Below are positions 10,901 to 19,273 of a stretch of DNA of 64,000 nucleotides, one piece after another (within the stretch, counting starts at the first letter, position 1; each line of letters opens with the position of its first letter). The stretch covers positions 160,001 to 224,000 of the forward strand of contig CAVPGK010000010.1 of assembly GCA_963703955.1 (NCBI GenBank), read 5' to 3'. A program made the position numbers and the translations under genes. The DNA is from Nitrospirota bacterium. Lineage in GTDB: Bacteria > Nitrospirota > Nitrospiria > Nitrospirales > Nitrospiraceae. Below the pieces are notes generated by a model. That model was not told the origin of the DNA, searched no databases, and saw only the letters and a list, made by a program, of their open reading frames with translations.

Positions 10901-10998
10901 CCGAGGTTGGAAAGATCGAGGACACGACTTTGTTTTTTGACCGCATCGCGGATTCGATCCAGAGCTGCTTGTTCAAGTTTCTTTGCGGACGGAGGCAT
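7978..10998 (-). CDS. Roco protein: LRR-Roc GTPase-COR-TIR
   Basis: About 13 LRRs; P-loop GRGGAGKTS, WDFAGQ, NKW; COR motifs (ILNPQWVT, LPEGLLPRFI); C-terminal TIR LFVSYSSKD..WSD..SAQFEASDYIQGVE. Confidence 0.92.
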   Translation of the reverse strand: MPPSAKKLEQAALDRIRDAVKKQSRVLDLSNLGIEQVPASIGQLTQLTTLGLSGNRLTTLPEGLGQLTQLTALYLDDNQLTTFPEALGRLTQLTALGLDDNQLTTLPEALGQLTQLTTLSLSGNQLTTLPEALGQLTQLTALHLSGNQLTTLPDALAQLTQLRELNLDNSQLTTLPEAIGQLTRLQTLSLKSNRLASLPDALRRLTQLTTLHLNHNQLTTLPDALGRLTHLDYLDLIYNKLETLPEALGQLTQLKELHLSDNQLTTLRETLGQLTQLTTLNLSNNRLTNLPATLRQLGSLSHLFLHGNPGLRLAPEVLGPTYEQVVYEQKQPAKPKTILDYYFRQQQKSRPLNEVKLLLVGRGGAGKTSIVRALRGQPFSKGLRETKGITISRWHLPCRHAHINVNTWDFAGQVITHATHQFFLTQRSVYILVLTGREDSERTDAEYWLRLIQAFGTDRATNEPSPVIVALNKWASHPCRLDRNALNEKYPFIVDFVETDCQSGKGIARLKDTLAKTIGELPAVQEPFPSAWWAIKEQLEGIKEDYLNYSDYRTLCARFGESDESMQESLAAVLHALGVALNYADDPRLREATILNPQWVTNGVYTLLREAVRSDGTGEMHMRDVSRVFPKEKPQMRRYLVELMRRFDLAFPLTEAGDRWLVPQRLPDQQPKLNAEWRSSDVTRLRYRYAALPEGLLPRFITRTYPLSEGQPRWMTGVVLDDGSCRALVRGDPAEREVTVTVQGHPPDRRRMIGLIRTDLKRIHDDIQGLNPDEEIELEDKPGVYVKVQTLEADERNRQNSSAQTREGTVPVDTSRELNRVSAPIARDPNEWKATLFVSYSSKDARQLDELLVRLKPMVSEGLLAVWSDRCLIVGEKWDGRIREEVKAADVILFLLSAQFEASDYIQGVEVKHALEQAEAGQATLVSVILEKCNWERTPLAQYQVLPPKGKPVRDTAPQRNAWYAVAEGLRKALEAIRNSRRSKSPSAERIAQTGIPDDIKGHMVF
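10070..10930 (-). repeat. 69-bp tandem coding repeats (23-aa LRR units)
   Basis: Near-identical recurring unit containing GAGCTGGGTGAGCTGGCCGAG and GGTCGTCAGTTGGTTG on the + strand, with a 69-bp period. Confidence 0.9.
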
Positions 10999-11145
10999 AG
11001 GCTTCCTCTACAGACAGGCGGCGCCCAATGTAACACACCTGTCCGAGAATATGGAGATGACTGGTGTGGCTTCATTGCCAGGCTGGGCCAGGCTGGAATA
11101 TGATCACAAGTGATCTGCAGCAACGAACCGGGGAGAGGGACCTTC

Positions 11146-12405
11146 ATGCGCAGATTCACGAAACTCCTCATCGGTCTTCTGGTGGTCGCTGGGCTGGTGT
11201 ACCTTTACTATACGGAAGTGAAGCCGACCGTCATTTTCGGGCTTCGGTCCGACTACGCTCATGCCATTCCCTATCAAAAGATCCCTGCGGGGTTGGAGAG
11301 CCTTCGCGCCGAATCGTGCGGACAGTGCCACCGGGAGATCTATGATGAATGGAAGACGAGCATTCATGCCCAGGCGTATCAAGACCCCTTCTTTCAGGCC
11401 TATTGGAAGAAGGACAAACACATCTGGGTTTGTCTCAACTGTCATACGCCACTGGAGAACCAGCAAGCCACGTTGATCAAGGACATTCCGCGCGGCCGCG
11501 TCGAGAAGGCGCATCAAGAGCCCAACCCGCAGTATGACGCGGAGTATCAGAAGGAGGGGGTGACCTGCGCGGCTTGCCACGTTCGTGATGGCGCCATTCT
11601 CGGTCCCTTCGACGACTCAGCGGCGCCCCATCCCACTCAGTTCGACCCGGCCTTCCGGACGACGCAGGTCTGTTACCGGTGCCATAACGTCATCTCGGGA
11701 CCGGTCCAGTTTTATCGGATCGGGCCGTGCGGAACCTACGCCGAATACGAAGGCAAGTTTTTCATGAAGGAGCGCGGGATGATCTGTCAGAGTTGCCACA
11801 TGCTGGAGATCACACGTCCTGTGGCAGAAGGGGGACCGATTCGGCAAGGCCGGCAGCATCACTGGCGAGGCGGGCACGATCCCGAGATGATCAAACGAGC
11901 CGTGGCCATTCAGGTCGTGGCCGACCCGTCAACTCCAAGAGCCGGAGAGAAGGTCCGGGTAGTCATGACTCTCATCAATGCCGGCGCTGGGCACAAGTTG
12001 CCGACCGGCGATCCTGATCGGCATTTCACGGTGGAGTTTGCAGTGGAGGATCAGCATCAGCAGATCCTGGAGAGCCAGACCGACACGATGGGCCGGTGGA
12101 TTCTGTGGCAACCGGCGATCGTAGAGCTCTATGACAATCGCCTGATGCCGCTGGCCAGCCGGGAGTACACCTTCACCTATCGACTACCTGAACGTCCCGA
12201 AGGGCTGCGGCTCGTTGCCAAGGTCCGGTATCATATTCAGTCGGAGCAGCAACATCAGATGTTGATCAACAAGTACGGGCTCACGGCGAATGATCCCTAC
12301 GTGTTCACCATCTATGAACGTGAAGTGCCGCTCACGGAGAACCTGGCGGCGAGTTTGAATGCAACCGATCCTCGCGTCGGTTGCGCCGCGGAGCGACATG
12401 GGTAG
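11146..12405 (+). CDS. Membrane-anchored pentaheme c-type cytochrome (c554/c552-like domain)
   Basis: Five CxxCH motifs (CGQCH, CLNCH, CAACH, CYRCH, CQSCH); N-terminal TM anchor; C-terminal NAGAGHKLPTG domain. Confidence 0.88.
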   Translation: MRRFTKLLIGLLVVAGLVYLYYTEVKPTVIFGLRSDYAHAIPYQKIPAGLESLRAESCGQCHREIYDEWKTSIHAQAYQDPFFQAYWKKDKHIWVCLNCHTPLENQQATLIKDIPRGRVEKAHQEPNPQYDAEYQKEGVTCAACHVRDGAILGPFDDSAAPHPTQFDPAFRTTQVCYRCHNVISGPVQFYRIGPCGTYAEYEGKFFMKERGMICQSCHMLEITRPVAEGGPIRQGRQHHWRGGHDPEMIKRAVAIQVVADPSTPRAGEKVRVVMTLINAGAGHKLPTGDPDRHFTVEFAVEDQHQQILESQTDTMGRWILWQPAIVELYDNRLMPLASREYTFTYRLPERPEGLRLVAKVRYHIQSEQQHQMLINKYGLTANDPYVFTIYEREVPLTENLAASLNATDPRVGCAAERHG

Positions 12406-12422
12406 GGTTCAATTCTTGTGGA

Positions 12423-13445
12423 TCATGGATGCGCTGAAGAAACTTGTGTGAGGCGCGTCAAGAGGTCACGCTTGAAGCTTCTATCTACCCGGAAACAATA
12501 ACGGACGCTGTAGGGGGACGAGAGAGTCTTTGAGACCTCTAAGTAGGATTTGCTGGTCGGCTCCGATTCCTTGCCCTCGAAGGCGTCATCTTTCGCGGTT
12601 GTGATTCTTGCCGGCACATTCTCGCACTCTAGCATCGAGGCGGAAGTGATCGCCGCGACGGCGAGTGCATCGAAGGGGTTGAAGCCATCGACTCCAAATT
12701 GCCTCTCCCATAATGTCAACCAGTCCCGCGCCGGACCGACCAGCCACTCTAAAGCCGGGTTCTTCGCATTCAACGTATTAAGGTCTTCACGCGTGAGCCA
12801 GATCTGCGAGGACAGTTCCCATGGCGCCAACGTCAACGGCACCCCGGCCTGAAGCACGACGTCGAATGCCTGAGGGTCAAGTTCAAAATTAAAATCACGA
12901 AACGGCTTGTGATTCCTCGTTCCGACAAGAAACTGCTGTCCGGGACGACGGCCGGCCACCGCAATCACTCGGATGATGCGGTCCCGAAGCTCGGGGTGCA
13001 TGCTAAGCACAGTGGCGACGTTGGTCAGGGGACCGAGCGCGAGAATCGTCAACGGTTCGTGGCGCAGCGCTTCGGCTAATTCCTGTACCGCCTCGGTCGT
13101 CCTTCCTAGTTCTTGCGCGCTAGACGCTCCCGGATGCACGGCCAGAGATCCTTGGGCAAATTGACGAACGATCTCTCTGGCAATCGTGACCGCCTTTTCC
13201 AACTCTGCATTGCCAAAGACGACGCTGATACCTCGAATGATGAGTTCCGGCGAGTGGAAGGCTTGGATGAGCGCAAACCCGTCATCCACTTCATGACCAC
13301 CGGGCTCTACAGAAGGGTCCGTATCGATCCAGACGACTGTGGGGGTTTGAGGGACAAGCGCCGGCTCTTCGGAACGGATCGGCAGTAGTCCGAGAATCTG
13401 CCATACGAAGACGCCAAGCACCGTGAATGACCACTTCGGGTTCAT
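12423..13445 (-). CDS. Inosine/uridine-preferring nucleoside hydrolase family protein
   Basis: WIDTD..DDGFAL Asp cluster, VFGN, LGPLTNVA, FNFELDPQA; signal-peptide-like N-terminus. Confidence 0.85.
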   Translation of the reverse strand: MNPKWSFTVLGVFVWQILGLLPIRSEEPALVPQTPTVVWIDTDPSVEPGGHEVDDGFALIQAFHSPELIIRGISVVFGNAELEKAVTIAREIVRQFAQGSLAVHPGASSAQELGRTTEAVQELAEALRHEPLTILALGPLTNVATVLSMHPELRDRIIRVIAVAGRRPGQQFLVGTRNHKPFRDFNFELDPQAFDVVLQAGVPLTLAPWELSSQIWLTREDLNTLNAKNPALEWLVGPARDWLTLWERQFGVDGFNPFDALAVAAITSASMLECENVPARITTAKDDAFEGKESEPTSKSYLEVSKTLSSPYSVRYCFRVDRSFKRDLLTRLTQVSSAHP

Positions 13446-13448
13446 GGT

Positions 13449-14465
13449 TTAACACAAAATCAGTCGGTGAGAGAGATCGAGAAGCCGGATCTTTTCATGA
13501 AGATCCATGTTCACGGGGACCTGCGCAACACCCAGCAGTCGGCGCATGATCTCGATGCCTGCGAAATTGCGAGCCAGCGTTCTGTCCAAAGGAACCTTTT
13601 CCTGATAGACGGCCAGGATGCGTTCGGCCAGCGCATGAGGCTGCCGCGCGAGATAGATGTGCGCCATGAAGACGCCGAGATCGAATTCCGGCGGACCAAA
13701 GAAGCAAAATTCGGGATCGATGACTTTGATGCCGAACGAAGTCTTGAGCCAACTCCCCGGAAAAAAATCACCATGGAGGAGGCAATTCCCATCCGCAAGA
13801 TACTGCTTTCCGAGTTGCTCCACCGCGCGACGGTACCGGGCGTCCGATCGCAGCCGGTCGGCTTCCGCCTGCAGACCCGGCGTCCGTGCGTCCAAATCAA
13901 GGCCATTGTCATCCTGCAAGGGAACGACAAACAGGTGCTGGTAATTCAATTCACGCATGGCGCGGTTGGTGAGATCGTACCGGCTTTCTTGGGAGCGAAA
14001 TGCGTCATGCAATTCACAGAGGTAGGCGATGAGGTCACGCAATTCATTATCTTGGAGGTGTCCATCCCGATACAGAAAGGTGCAATCCTCCGCGTCGCCC
14101 AAATCTTCCAGCATGAGGAGATGAGAAGCACGGTCCCAGCCCAGCAAACGAGGCATCTTCCGACGGATCGGCTCTGCACCGGCCACGAGCTCATAAAAGC
14201 GAGCCTCGATCACCGCACGTTCGACCGGCGCGGCGATGTCGGGATACCGTTCCACCCAGGGGCGCGCTTGTTTGAGAATAAATGTCCGGTGAGAAGTGGT
14301 GATGCGGAGGGTGCAATTCATGTTGCCCTCTCCCGCCGGGTCAGCTCGCAAAAGAGCTTCATCGGGCCTGATCCACCTCAGTTCAGTCAGGACTCGGTTC
14401 ATGGTCTCCAACTTGGTCCGATCCAACACGAAACCCGACCTGTCAGGAACCGAATGACCAGTCAT
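13449..14465 (-). CDS. Methylthioribose kinase (MtnK)-like phosphotransferase
   Basis: GEGNMN, LKQARPW, LLHGDFFPGSW and IDPEF motifs. Start uncertain. Confidence 0.8.
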   Translation of the reverse strand: MTGHSVPDRSGFVLDRTKLETMNRVLTELRWIRPDEALLRADPAGEGNMNCTLRITTSHRTFILKQARPWVERYPDIAAPVERAVIEARFYELVAGAEPIRRKMPRLLGWDRASHLLMLEDLGDAEDCTFLYRDGHLQDNELRDLIAYLCELHDAFRSQESRYDLTNRAMRELNYQHLFVVPLQDDNGLDLDARTPGLQAEADRLRSDARYRRAVEQLGKQYLADGNCLLHGDFFPGSWLKTSFGIKVIDPEFCFFGPPEFDLGVFMAHIYLARQPHALAERILAVYQEKVPLDRTLARNFAGIEIMRRLLGVAQVPVNMDLHEKIRLLDLSHRLILC

Positions 14466-14728
14466 CTGTACCGGATCTCTGTGAATTTCGGCAGTGTATC
14501 GCATGGGGCGGCGGAATCCTATGGCGGCCGGAAACTCAACTCTGGGAAGCATTCAGGGCTATATGCGACGGAAGAACTGTCTATCCTGACCTGTAACGAA
14601 ATACCATGTACCAAGACGGTCCAGCGAGGAGTCAAACCGCATGAACCACCTGAGCATCAAGATGCAGTGATCCTATCTGAGAGATTGACAGAAGAGAGGG
14701 GGGACTCCATGATACAGAGCAAACAACC

Positions 14729-15445
14729 ATGCCCACATCCGTTGAGCTGACGTCAGTCCCGCGCTCATCAAACGGCACGAAGATCGTGATTCTGGCTCTC
14801 TTCGCCGCCGCGCTTGGCGCGTTTTTCTACTTTGATCTCGGCCGCTATCTCTCTCTCGAAGCGCTGAAGTCCAACCGCGATAGCTTGCTGGTCTTTACCG
14901 AGCAGCACTACCCGGCGGCCGTGGCGCTGTACATTGGATTCTATATCGTGATGGTCAGTGTGTCTCTGCCTGGCGGGGCGATTACGACCTTAGCCGGAGG
15001 GTTTCTCTTCGGCAGCCTGCTTGGCACGTTGTACGTCAATCTCGGCGCCACCATCGGCGCGACGTTGGCGTTTCTCGCGTCACGCTATCTCTTGCGGGAT
15101 TGGGTGGAATCGAAATTCGGCCATCGACTTGGGGCGATTCAAGAGGGATTTGCGAAAAATGCCTTCAGCTATCTCTTGACGCTTCGACTGATTCCGATCT
15201 TTCCGTTCTTTCTCGTGAATCTGGTGTCGGGGCTCACACGGATGAAAACGCTTTCGTACATGGCTGCGACGTCCCTTGGCATCATTCCCGGCAGTTTCGT
15301 GTACGCCTACGCCGGACGCCAGCTCGGGACGATCAATTCGCTCAAAGAGATCGCGTCGCCCAATGTCCTCCTGGCTTTTACCCTTCTGGGTCTGCTGGCG
15401 CTGGTGCCGGTGCTCTATCGGAAGTTTTCTAACGGAACGAAGTAG
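14729..15445 (+). CDS. TVP38/TMEM64 (DedA-like, YdjX/Z) membrane protein
   Basis: SLPGGA..LAGGFLFG..GATLAFLASRYL..LRLIPIFPFFLVN motifs. Confidence 0.9.
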   Translation: MPTSVELTSVPRSSNGTKIVILALFAAALGAFFYFDLGRYLSLEALKSNRDSLLVFTEQHYPAAVALYIGFYIVMVSVSLPGGAITTLAGGFLFGSLLGTLYVNLGATIGATLAFLASRYLLRDWVESKFGHRLGAIQEGFAKNAFSYLLTLRLIPIFPFFLVNLVSGLTRMKTLSYMAATSLGIIPGSFVYAYAGRQLGTINSLKEIASPNVLLAFTLLGLLALVPVLYRKFSNGTK

Positions 15446-15462
15446 GCAGAGGAGATGCCACC

Positions 15463-17001
15463 ATGTCGACAGAAGCCGTGACCGTTCTCCCGAATGACGA
15501 ACACAACCGCGCGCTGGTCAACAATGTCCATCCGCCGGATTGGGTCAACCCGGAACCGAGCGGACGGTATAACATCGTCGTGATCGGGGCCGGGACAGCG
15601 GGCCTCGTGACTGCGGCAGTGGCCTCCGCATTGGGCGCCAAAGTCGCGTTGATTGAGAAGCATCTGATGGGCGGCGATTGCTTGAATGTGGGGTGTGTCC
15701 CGTCTAAAGGCGTCATTCGGGCCACGCGCGCATGGGCGGAGGTCCGCCGGGCCGATGAGTTCGGCCTGCATATTCCCGCCGGCGTGAAGTACGACTTCGC
15801 CGCTGCCATGGCGCGCATGCGGAAATTGCGAGCCCGCATCAGCCACACGGATTCGGCGCACCGTTACAAGAAATTGGGTGTGGATGTGTTCATCGGGGAA
15901 GGACGCTTCACAGGACCCCACGCGGTCGAGGTTGGGGGTAAGACGCTGAGATTCAGGAAAGCCGCCATCTGTACCGGTGCCCGTGCGGCTGCGCCATCGA
16001 TTCCTGGACTACAGGAGGCGGGTTATCTGACCAATGAGACGATCTTTACACTGACTGAACTCCCACCGCGGTTGGCGGTCATCGGGGCCGGTCCCATCGG
16101 ATGTGAAATGGCTCAAGCGTTCGCTCGATTTGGCAGTCGAGTTGGTCTCTTTGAGCAAATGAGCCACATCCTGCTCCGCGAAGATGCTGATGCCGCCGCG
16201 ATTGTCCAAGATCAAATGAGAAAGGACGGCGTTTCCTTTGTCTTTGAATCCAAGGTCACTCGTGTCGAGCGCTATGGCGGGGAGAAGGTAGTTCACTACG
16301 TGATGAATGGAGCGATGAAGGAGGTTGTGGTCGATGAGATTTTGGTCGGTGTCGGACGTGCGCCGAATATAGAGGGACTCGGGCTGGAAGAGGTTGGCGT
16401 AGAATATGACACGCGCAACGGCGTGAAGGTCAATGCTCGTCTCCAGACGAGCATTGCGCACGTCTACGCGGCCGGCGATATCTGCTTCCCGTTCAAGTTT
16501 ACGCATACGGCGGACGCGATGGCCCAGATTGTGATCCAGAACGCGCTCTTTCCGCATCCCTTTGGGCTGGGCTACGCGAGCACGGAGTCGTTGATCATTC
16601 CCTGGTGCACCTATACGGAACCGGAAATCGCGCACGTGGGTCTGTATGAGGAGGATGCAAAGGCCAAGGGGCTGGAAGTCGAGACCTTCACCTACAAGCT
16701 TGATGAGGTTGACCGGGCGATCCTGGACGGCGAGGATGAAGGCTTTGCGCGGGTGCATGTCAAGAAGGGAACCGACAAAATTCTCGGCGCAACCATCGTG
16801 GCGGCGAGCGCAGGCGACATGATCAATGAGTTCTCGGTGCTGATGAAGGCCGGCGTTGGCCTGAGCACGATTTGCAGCACCATTCATCCGTATCCGACCC
16901 AGGCAGAAGTGGTAAAAAAGGTTGCGAACGCCTGGCGGAAGACGACGTTTACAGAGGGAAAGAAAAAGATTCTGACGAAATGGTTTAGTTGGAATAGATG
17001 A
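15463..17001 (+). CDS. FAD-dependent pyridine nucleotide-disulfide oxidoreductase (mercuric reductase-like, not MerA)
   Basis: GAGTAG, redox-active GGDCLNVGCVPSK, GAGPIG, HPYPTQAE; no HMA domain and no C-terminal CC pair. Confidence 0.9.
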   Translation: MSTEAVTVLPNDEHNRALVNNVHPPDWVNPEPSGRYNIVVIGAGTAGLVTAAVASALGAKVALIEKHLMGGDCLNVGCVPSKGVIRATRAWAEVRRADEFGLHIPAGVKYDFAAAMARMRKLRARISHTDSAHRYKKLGVDVFIGEGRFTGPHAVEVGGKTLRFRKAAICTGARAAAPSIPGLQEAGYLTNETIFTLTELPPRLAVIGAGPIGCEMAQAFARFGSRVGLFEQMSHILLREDADAAAIVQDQMRKDGVSFVFESKVTRVERYGGEKVVHYVMNGAMKEVVVDEILVGVGRAPNIEGLGLEEVGVEYDTRNGVKVNARLQTSIAHVYAAGDICFPFKFTHTADAMAQIVIQNALFPHPFGLGYASTESLIIPWCTYTEPEIAHVGLYEEDAKAKGLEVETFTYKLDEVDRAILDGEDEGFARVHVKKGTDKILGATIVAASAGDMINEFSVLMKAGVGLSTICSTIHPYPTQAEVVKKVANAWRKTTFTEGKKKILTKWFSWNR

Positions 17002-17082
17002 AAGAGGGGGCGGCTGGGCTGCACCAGTGCTCCCGGAGCACGGATTTGTTCTTGCCGGAGCAGAAGACACGACCAACCAAAG

Positions 17083-17838
17083 ATGTGCCTGAAACACCTT
17101 TCATTGCCGGTGGGAATGTTGGTTCTTGTTCTCGCCCTGCCGCGTTCTACTCATGCTCAGTCCGGCGGCGTGCTCGAGGTGGGGAAGTTTTCAGCGGCGC
17201 AGGCGGGCGATGGCCTGCCTGACGGCTGGAAGCCGTTGACCTTCAAGAAAATCGAACATCACACTCAGTACCGGTTGGTCAAAGATGAAGATGCCGTTGT
17301 CATTATGGCGGAAAGCATGGCGGCCGCATCGGGGTTGACCAAGGAGATCACGATCGATCCGAACGAATACCCGATCGTGCAGTGGCGGTGGAAGGTCGCC
17401 AATCTCATCAAGAAGAGCGATACGGCGAAGAAAGCAGGAGATGACTACGCGGCTCGGCTCTACATCACGTTTGCCTATGACCCGAAGAAAGTCGGATTCA
17501 TGGAGAAAGCCAAGTTTGAAGCGACCAGGTTGCTCTACGGGCAATATCCTCCGTTGGGCGCTATCAACTACATCTGGGCCACCAACGAGCCGAAGGGGAG
17601 GGTCGTTCCGAATCCGTACACCGATCGGGCCATGATGATTGTCGTTCAGACCGGCGCGGACGGTCTCAAGACATGGTTCACCGAAGAACGGAACCTGTAC
17701 AAGGACTATAGGCAGGCGTTTAACGAGGAGCCGCCGATGATTTCCGGGGTGGCGATCATGACCGATACCGACAATACCGGTGAGTCGGCGATAGCCTATT
17801 ATGGCGACATTGTGTTCAAGAAGGCGAGCGTGAATTGA
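17083..17838 (+). CDS. DUF3047-domain secreted protein
   Basis: WRWKV..GDDYAARLYITF..INYIWA..NPYT..IMTDTDNT motifs; signal peptide. Confidence 0.85.
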   Translation: MCLKHLSLPVGMLVLVLALPRSTHAQSGGVLEVGKFSAAQAGDGLPDGWKPLTFKKIEHHTQYRLVKDEDAVVIMAESMAAASGLTKEITIDPNEYPIVQWRWKVANLIKKSDTAKKAGDDYAARLYITFAYDPKKVGFMEKAKFEATRLLYGQYPPLGAINYIWATNEPKGRVVPNPYTDRAMMIVVQTGADGLKTWFTEERNLYKDYRQAFNEEPPMISGVAIMTDTDNTGESAIAYYGDIVFKKASVN

Positions 17839-17895
17839 AGGCGACGAATCGGAACACGATTAAGGCCAGCGGCTCCTCCTCCGATCTAAGAACGA

Positions 17896-17929
17896 TGAAG
17901 GGGCTGACCTTCGCGGGTCAGCCCCTTCA
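17896..17929. terminator. Perfect 14-bp hairpin between convergent genes
   Basis: TGAAGGGGCTGACC-TTCGCG-GGTCAGCCCCTTCA; there is no long U-tract. Confidence 0.6.
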
Positions 17930-17961
17930 CTGAAGAGGGAACGGTTGGCGACGGTCTCGAT

Positions 17962-18291
17962 CTATTGGATCGAGTTGACGTGCCAGCCTTTGGTAATTTC
18001 AGCCCTGATGGAATCACCGGGCTTTTTCTCGCCTCTGACTTTTTTCGTGTCCTTGCTGACGTAGAGGCGCATTTCCTTACCGGAGTAATCTTCGACGATG
18101 TAGATGTTGCCGTCGATTTTGTTGAGCTTCCCATCCACGGTCTGAAAGGGAGGGCCGGGCTTAGTATCGTACACTGTTCCGGGTTTTTTGGATTCGGCCA
18201 CGGATTTTTTGGAATCAGCCGCCAAGGTAACCGCAACCGAACTCAACATGAAGGCGGCTGCAAGGGCAACGACTGCCGTCATGGATTTCAT
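17962..18291 (-). CDS. Small secreted beta-rich hypothetical protein
   Basis: RBS AAGGAGG; signal peptide ending TLA; OB-like pattern VDGKLNKIDGNIYIVED..GDSIRAEIT. Confidence 0.75.
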   Translation of the reverse strand: MKSMTAVVALAAAFMLSSVAVTLAADSKKSVAESKKPGTVYDTKPGPPFQTVDGKLNKIDGNIYIVEDYSGKEMRLYVSKDTKKVRGEKKPGDSIRAEITKGWHVNSIQ

Positions 18292-18487
18292 GAGAGACCT
18301 CCTTTGAGAAGAGAAAAGCATTTTCCTATGGTTCGCAAGGGCATGTGCACAGCAAGGCCCTTGCCTGGCCGCGGCTCACGACGTTTTCGCAGCAAAGTCA
18401 AAGCATTAAGGAATTCTTTGAACGATCAGATCGATAACGAAAAAGTGGGAAAGCTAAAAAACGTCATCGAACTGTGCAATTGTGCTC

Positions 18488-19273
18488 ATGATGCGTAGAC
18501 TGGTTTTTGTCATGGGGGCTATTCTGATCGCCGGATGCTCGACGGTGCCACGATCGTTTCAGCCGATCGAAGCCATCACACCCAACGAGTTTTCCTATCA
18601 GCGGTTCGATGCCACGCTCAATGCGTATGTGAAAGACGGCGTGGTCAATTATCCGGGCATCGCGCGTGATGAGCGATTTCAGCTCCACCTCTGGCAATTA
18701 GACCGGATTGATCCATTTCAGCTTCCCACTCGACGTGATCGGTTGGCGTTCTGGATCAATGCCTATAACGCGTTTGCCATCAAGGGGATCTTGGACGGCT
18801 ATTCGCCGATGACCGTGTGGGGACGATACCGCTACTTCATTGCTCGGGAGTATCACGTTGGGGGAAAGTCGATTAATCTGTACGATCTCGAACGAAAACT
18901 GCTGATCCCGGATTACCAGGAGCCTCGCATCCACTTTGCGATCGTGTGCGCCTCCAAATCCTGCCCCAAGCTTCGATCCGAAACCTACATGGCAGAGACT
19001 CTCGATCAGCAACTGGATGAGAGCGCGCGAGACTTTATCAATGATCCGACCAGAAATCGGTTCGATCGCGAAGGGAAAGTGGCCCACCTGTCGATGATCT
19101 TCAAGTGGTATGAGGAAGACTTTGCGGAGCAGGCCGGCTCGCTCGTCAAGTATGTCCGCCGGTATGTCACCGATCCGGCGTTAGCAGAGGACCTCGAGCA
19201 ACGACCCTATCAGGTCGAATTCATGGAGTATGACTGGAATCTGAACGGGATCCCCTATGCTCGTAAGAGCTGA
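18488..19273 (+). CDS. DUF547-domain lipoprotein
   Basis: Lipobox LIAGC; LAFWINAYNA, EPRIHFAIVCASKSCP, LSMIFKWY..DF, YDWNLN. Confidence 0.9.
   Translation: MMRRLVFVMGAILIAGCSTVPRSFQPIEAITPNEFSYQRFDATLNAYVKDGVVNYPGIARDERFQLHLWQLDRIDPFQLPTRRDRLAFWINAYNAFAIKGILDGYSPMTVWGRYRYFIAREYHVGGKSINLYDLERKLLIPDYQEPRIHFAIVCASKSCPKLRSETYMAETLDQQLDESARDFINDPTRNRFDREGKVAHLSMIFKWYEEDFAEQAGSLVKYVRRYVTDPALAEDLEQRPYQVEFMEYDWNLNGIPYARKS

Noticed and set aside
10210..11103. Repetitive plus-strand ORFs (ELGELAE repeats)
   Set aside because: They are antisense translations of the LRR repeats.
13467..14750. 427-aa plus-strand ORF
   Set aside because: Antisense to the kinase gene, which carries clear motifs. The same applies to 493..1419, 16009..17097 and 49662..50555.
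15463..17001. merA (mercury resistance)
   Set aside because: No C-terminal Cys-Cys pair, no HMA domain and no mer operon genes.
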